DNA of 63,394 bases, the filler included, from Choristocarpus tenellus KU-1152 (taxonomy: Eukaryota > Protista > Phaeophyceae), in the NCBI GenBank assembly GCA_964200185.2. It is 12 parts of 12 records of this genome, joined end to end, with 100 filler letters (N's around TTAATTAATTAA, not from the genome) between each part and the next. Parts side by side here need not be neighbours in the genome. Positions count along the whole stretch, not along the records: positions 60,841 to 63,394 come from CAXNAD020026822.1; 11 more parts are not named here. One strand, given 5' to 3'. A program made the translations under genes and the position numbers. Below are positions 63,284-63,394 of the stretch, one piece after another; the stretch's first letter is position 1; every line of letters begins with the position of its first letter. The notes under the pieces were generated by a model, which saw nothing but the letters and a program-made list of their open reading frames with translations, was not told where the DNA came from and did no database searches.

Positions 63284-63394
63284 AATATCAAAGGGCGTAA
63301 TAAAAAGTAGTTCGCAAGAGGATCAAGGAGTTCTGTCACAGGCGATATGTCTTGATGGCGGTTTCATAAACACCATTATAATATTGAAGTTCGA

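Overview
This window is not one locus. It is a concatenation of 12 short eukaryotic contigs joined by artificial 100-nt spacers (44 N + TTAATTAATTAA + 44 N), plus two 10-N scaffold gaps, so adjacency across spacers has no biological meaning. The DNA is intron-rich and repeat-rich. Spliceosomal introns, interstitial TTAGGG tracts, a ciliary ZMYND12 exon and a GT2 cellulose-synthase-like exon suggest a flagellated eukaryote, probably a brown-algal-type stramenopile (inference). Host genes reconstructed by hand with phase-compatible splice sites: PP2A catalytic subunit (2 exons), an isochorismatase-domain protein (5 exons, one GC-AG intron), a GT1/UDP-glycosyltransferase-like gene (3 exons), a ZMYND12 exon, an M1-aminopeptidase-like terminal exon and a GT2 C-terminal fragment. 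Mobile DNA dominates: two Ty3/gypsy relics, copia relics, a solo LTR, CRE-like RLE non-LTR fragments with many dispersed 3' tails, Stowaway-like MITEs, and an abundant MITE group with an AAAGTATCT TIR core and 4-bp TSDs (Sola2-like). The least explained structures are two palindrome-built tandem arrays (15162-15520 and 28953-29507). No CRISPR array or prokaryotic system is supported. All family assignments come from motif recognition by eye, not database searches.
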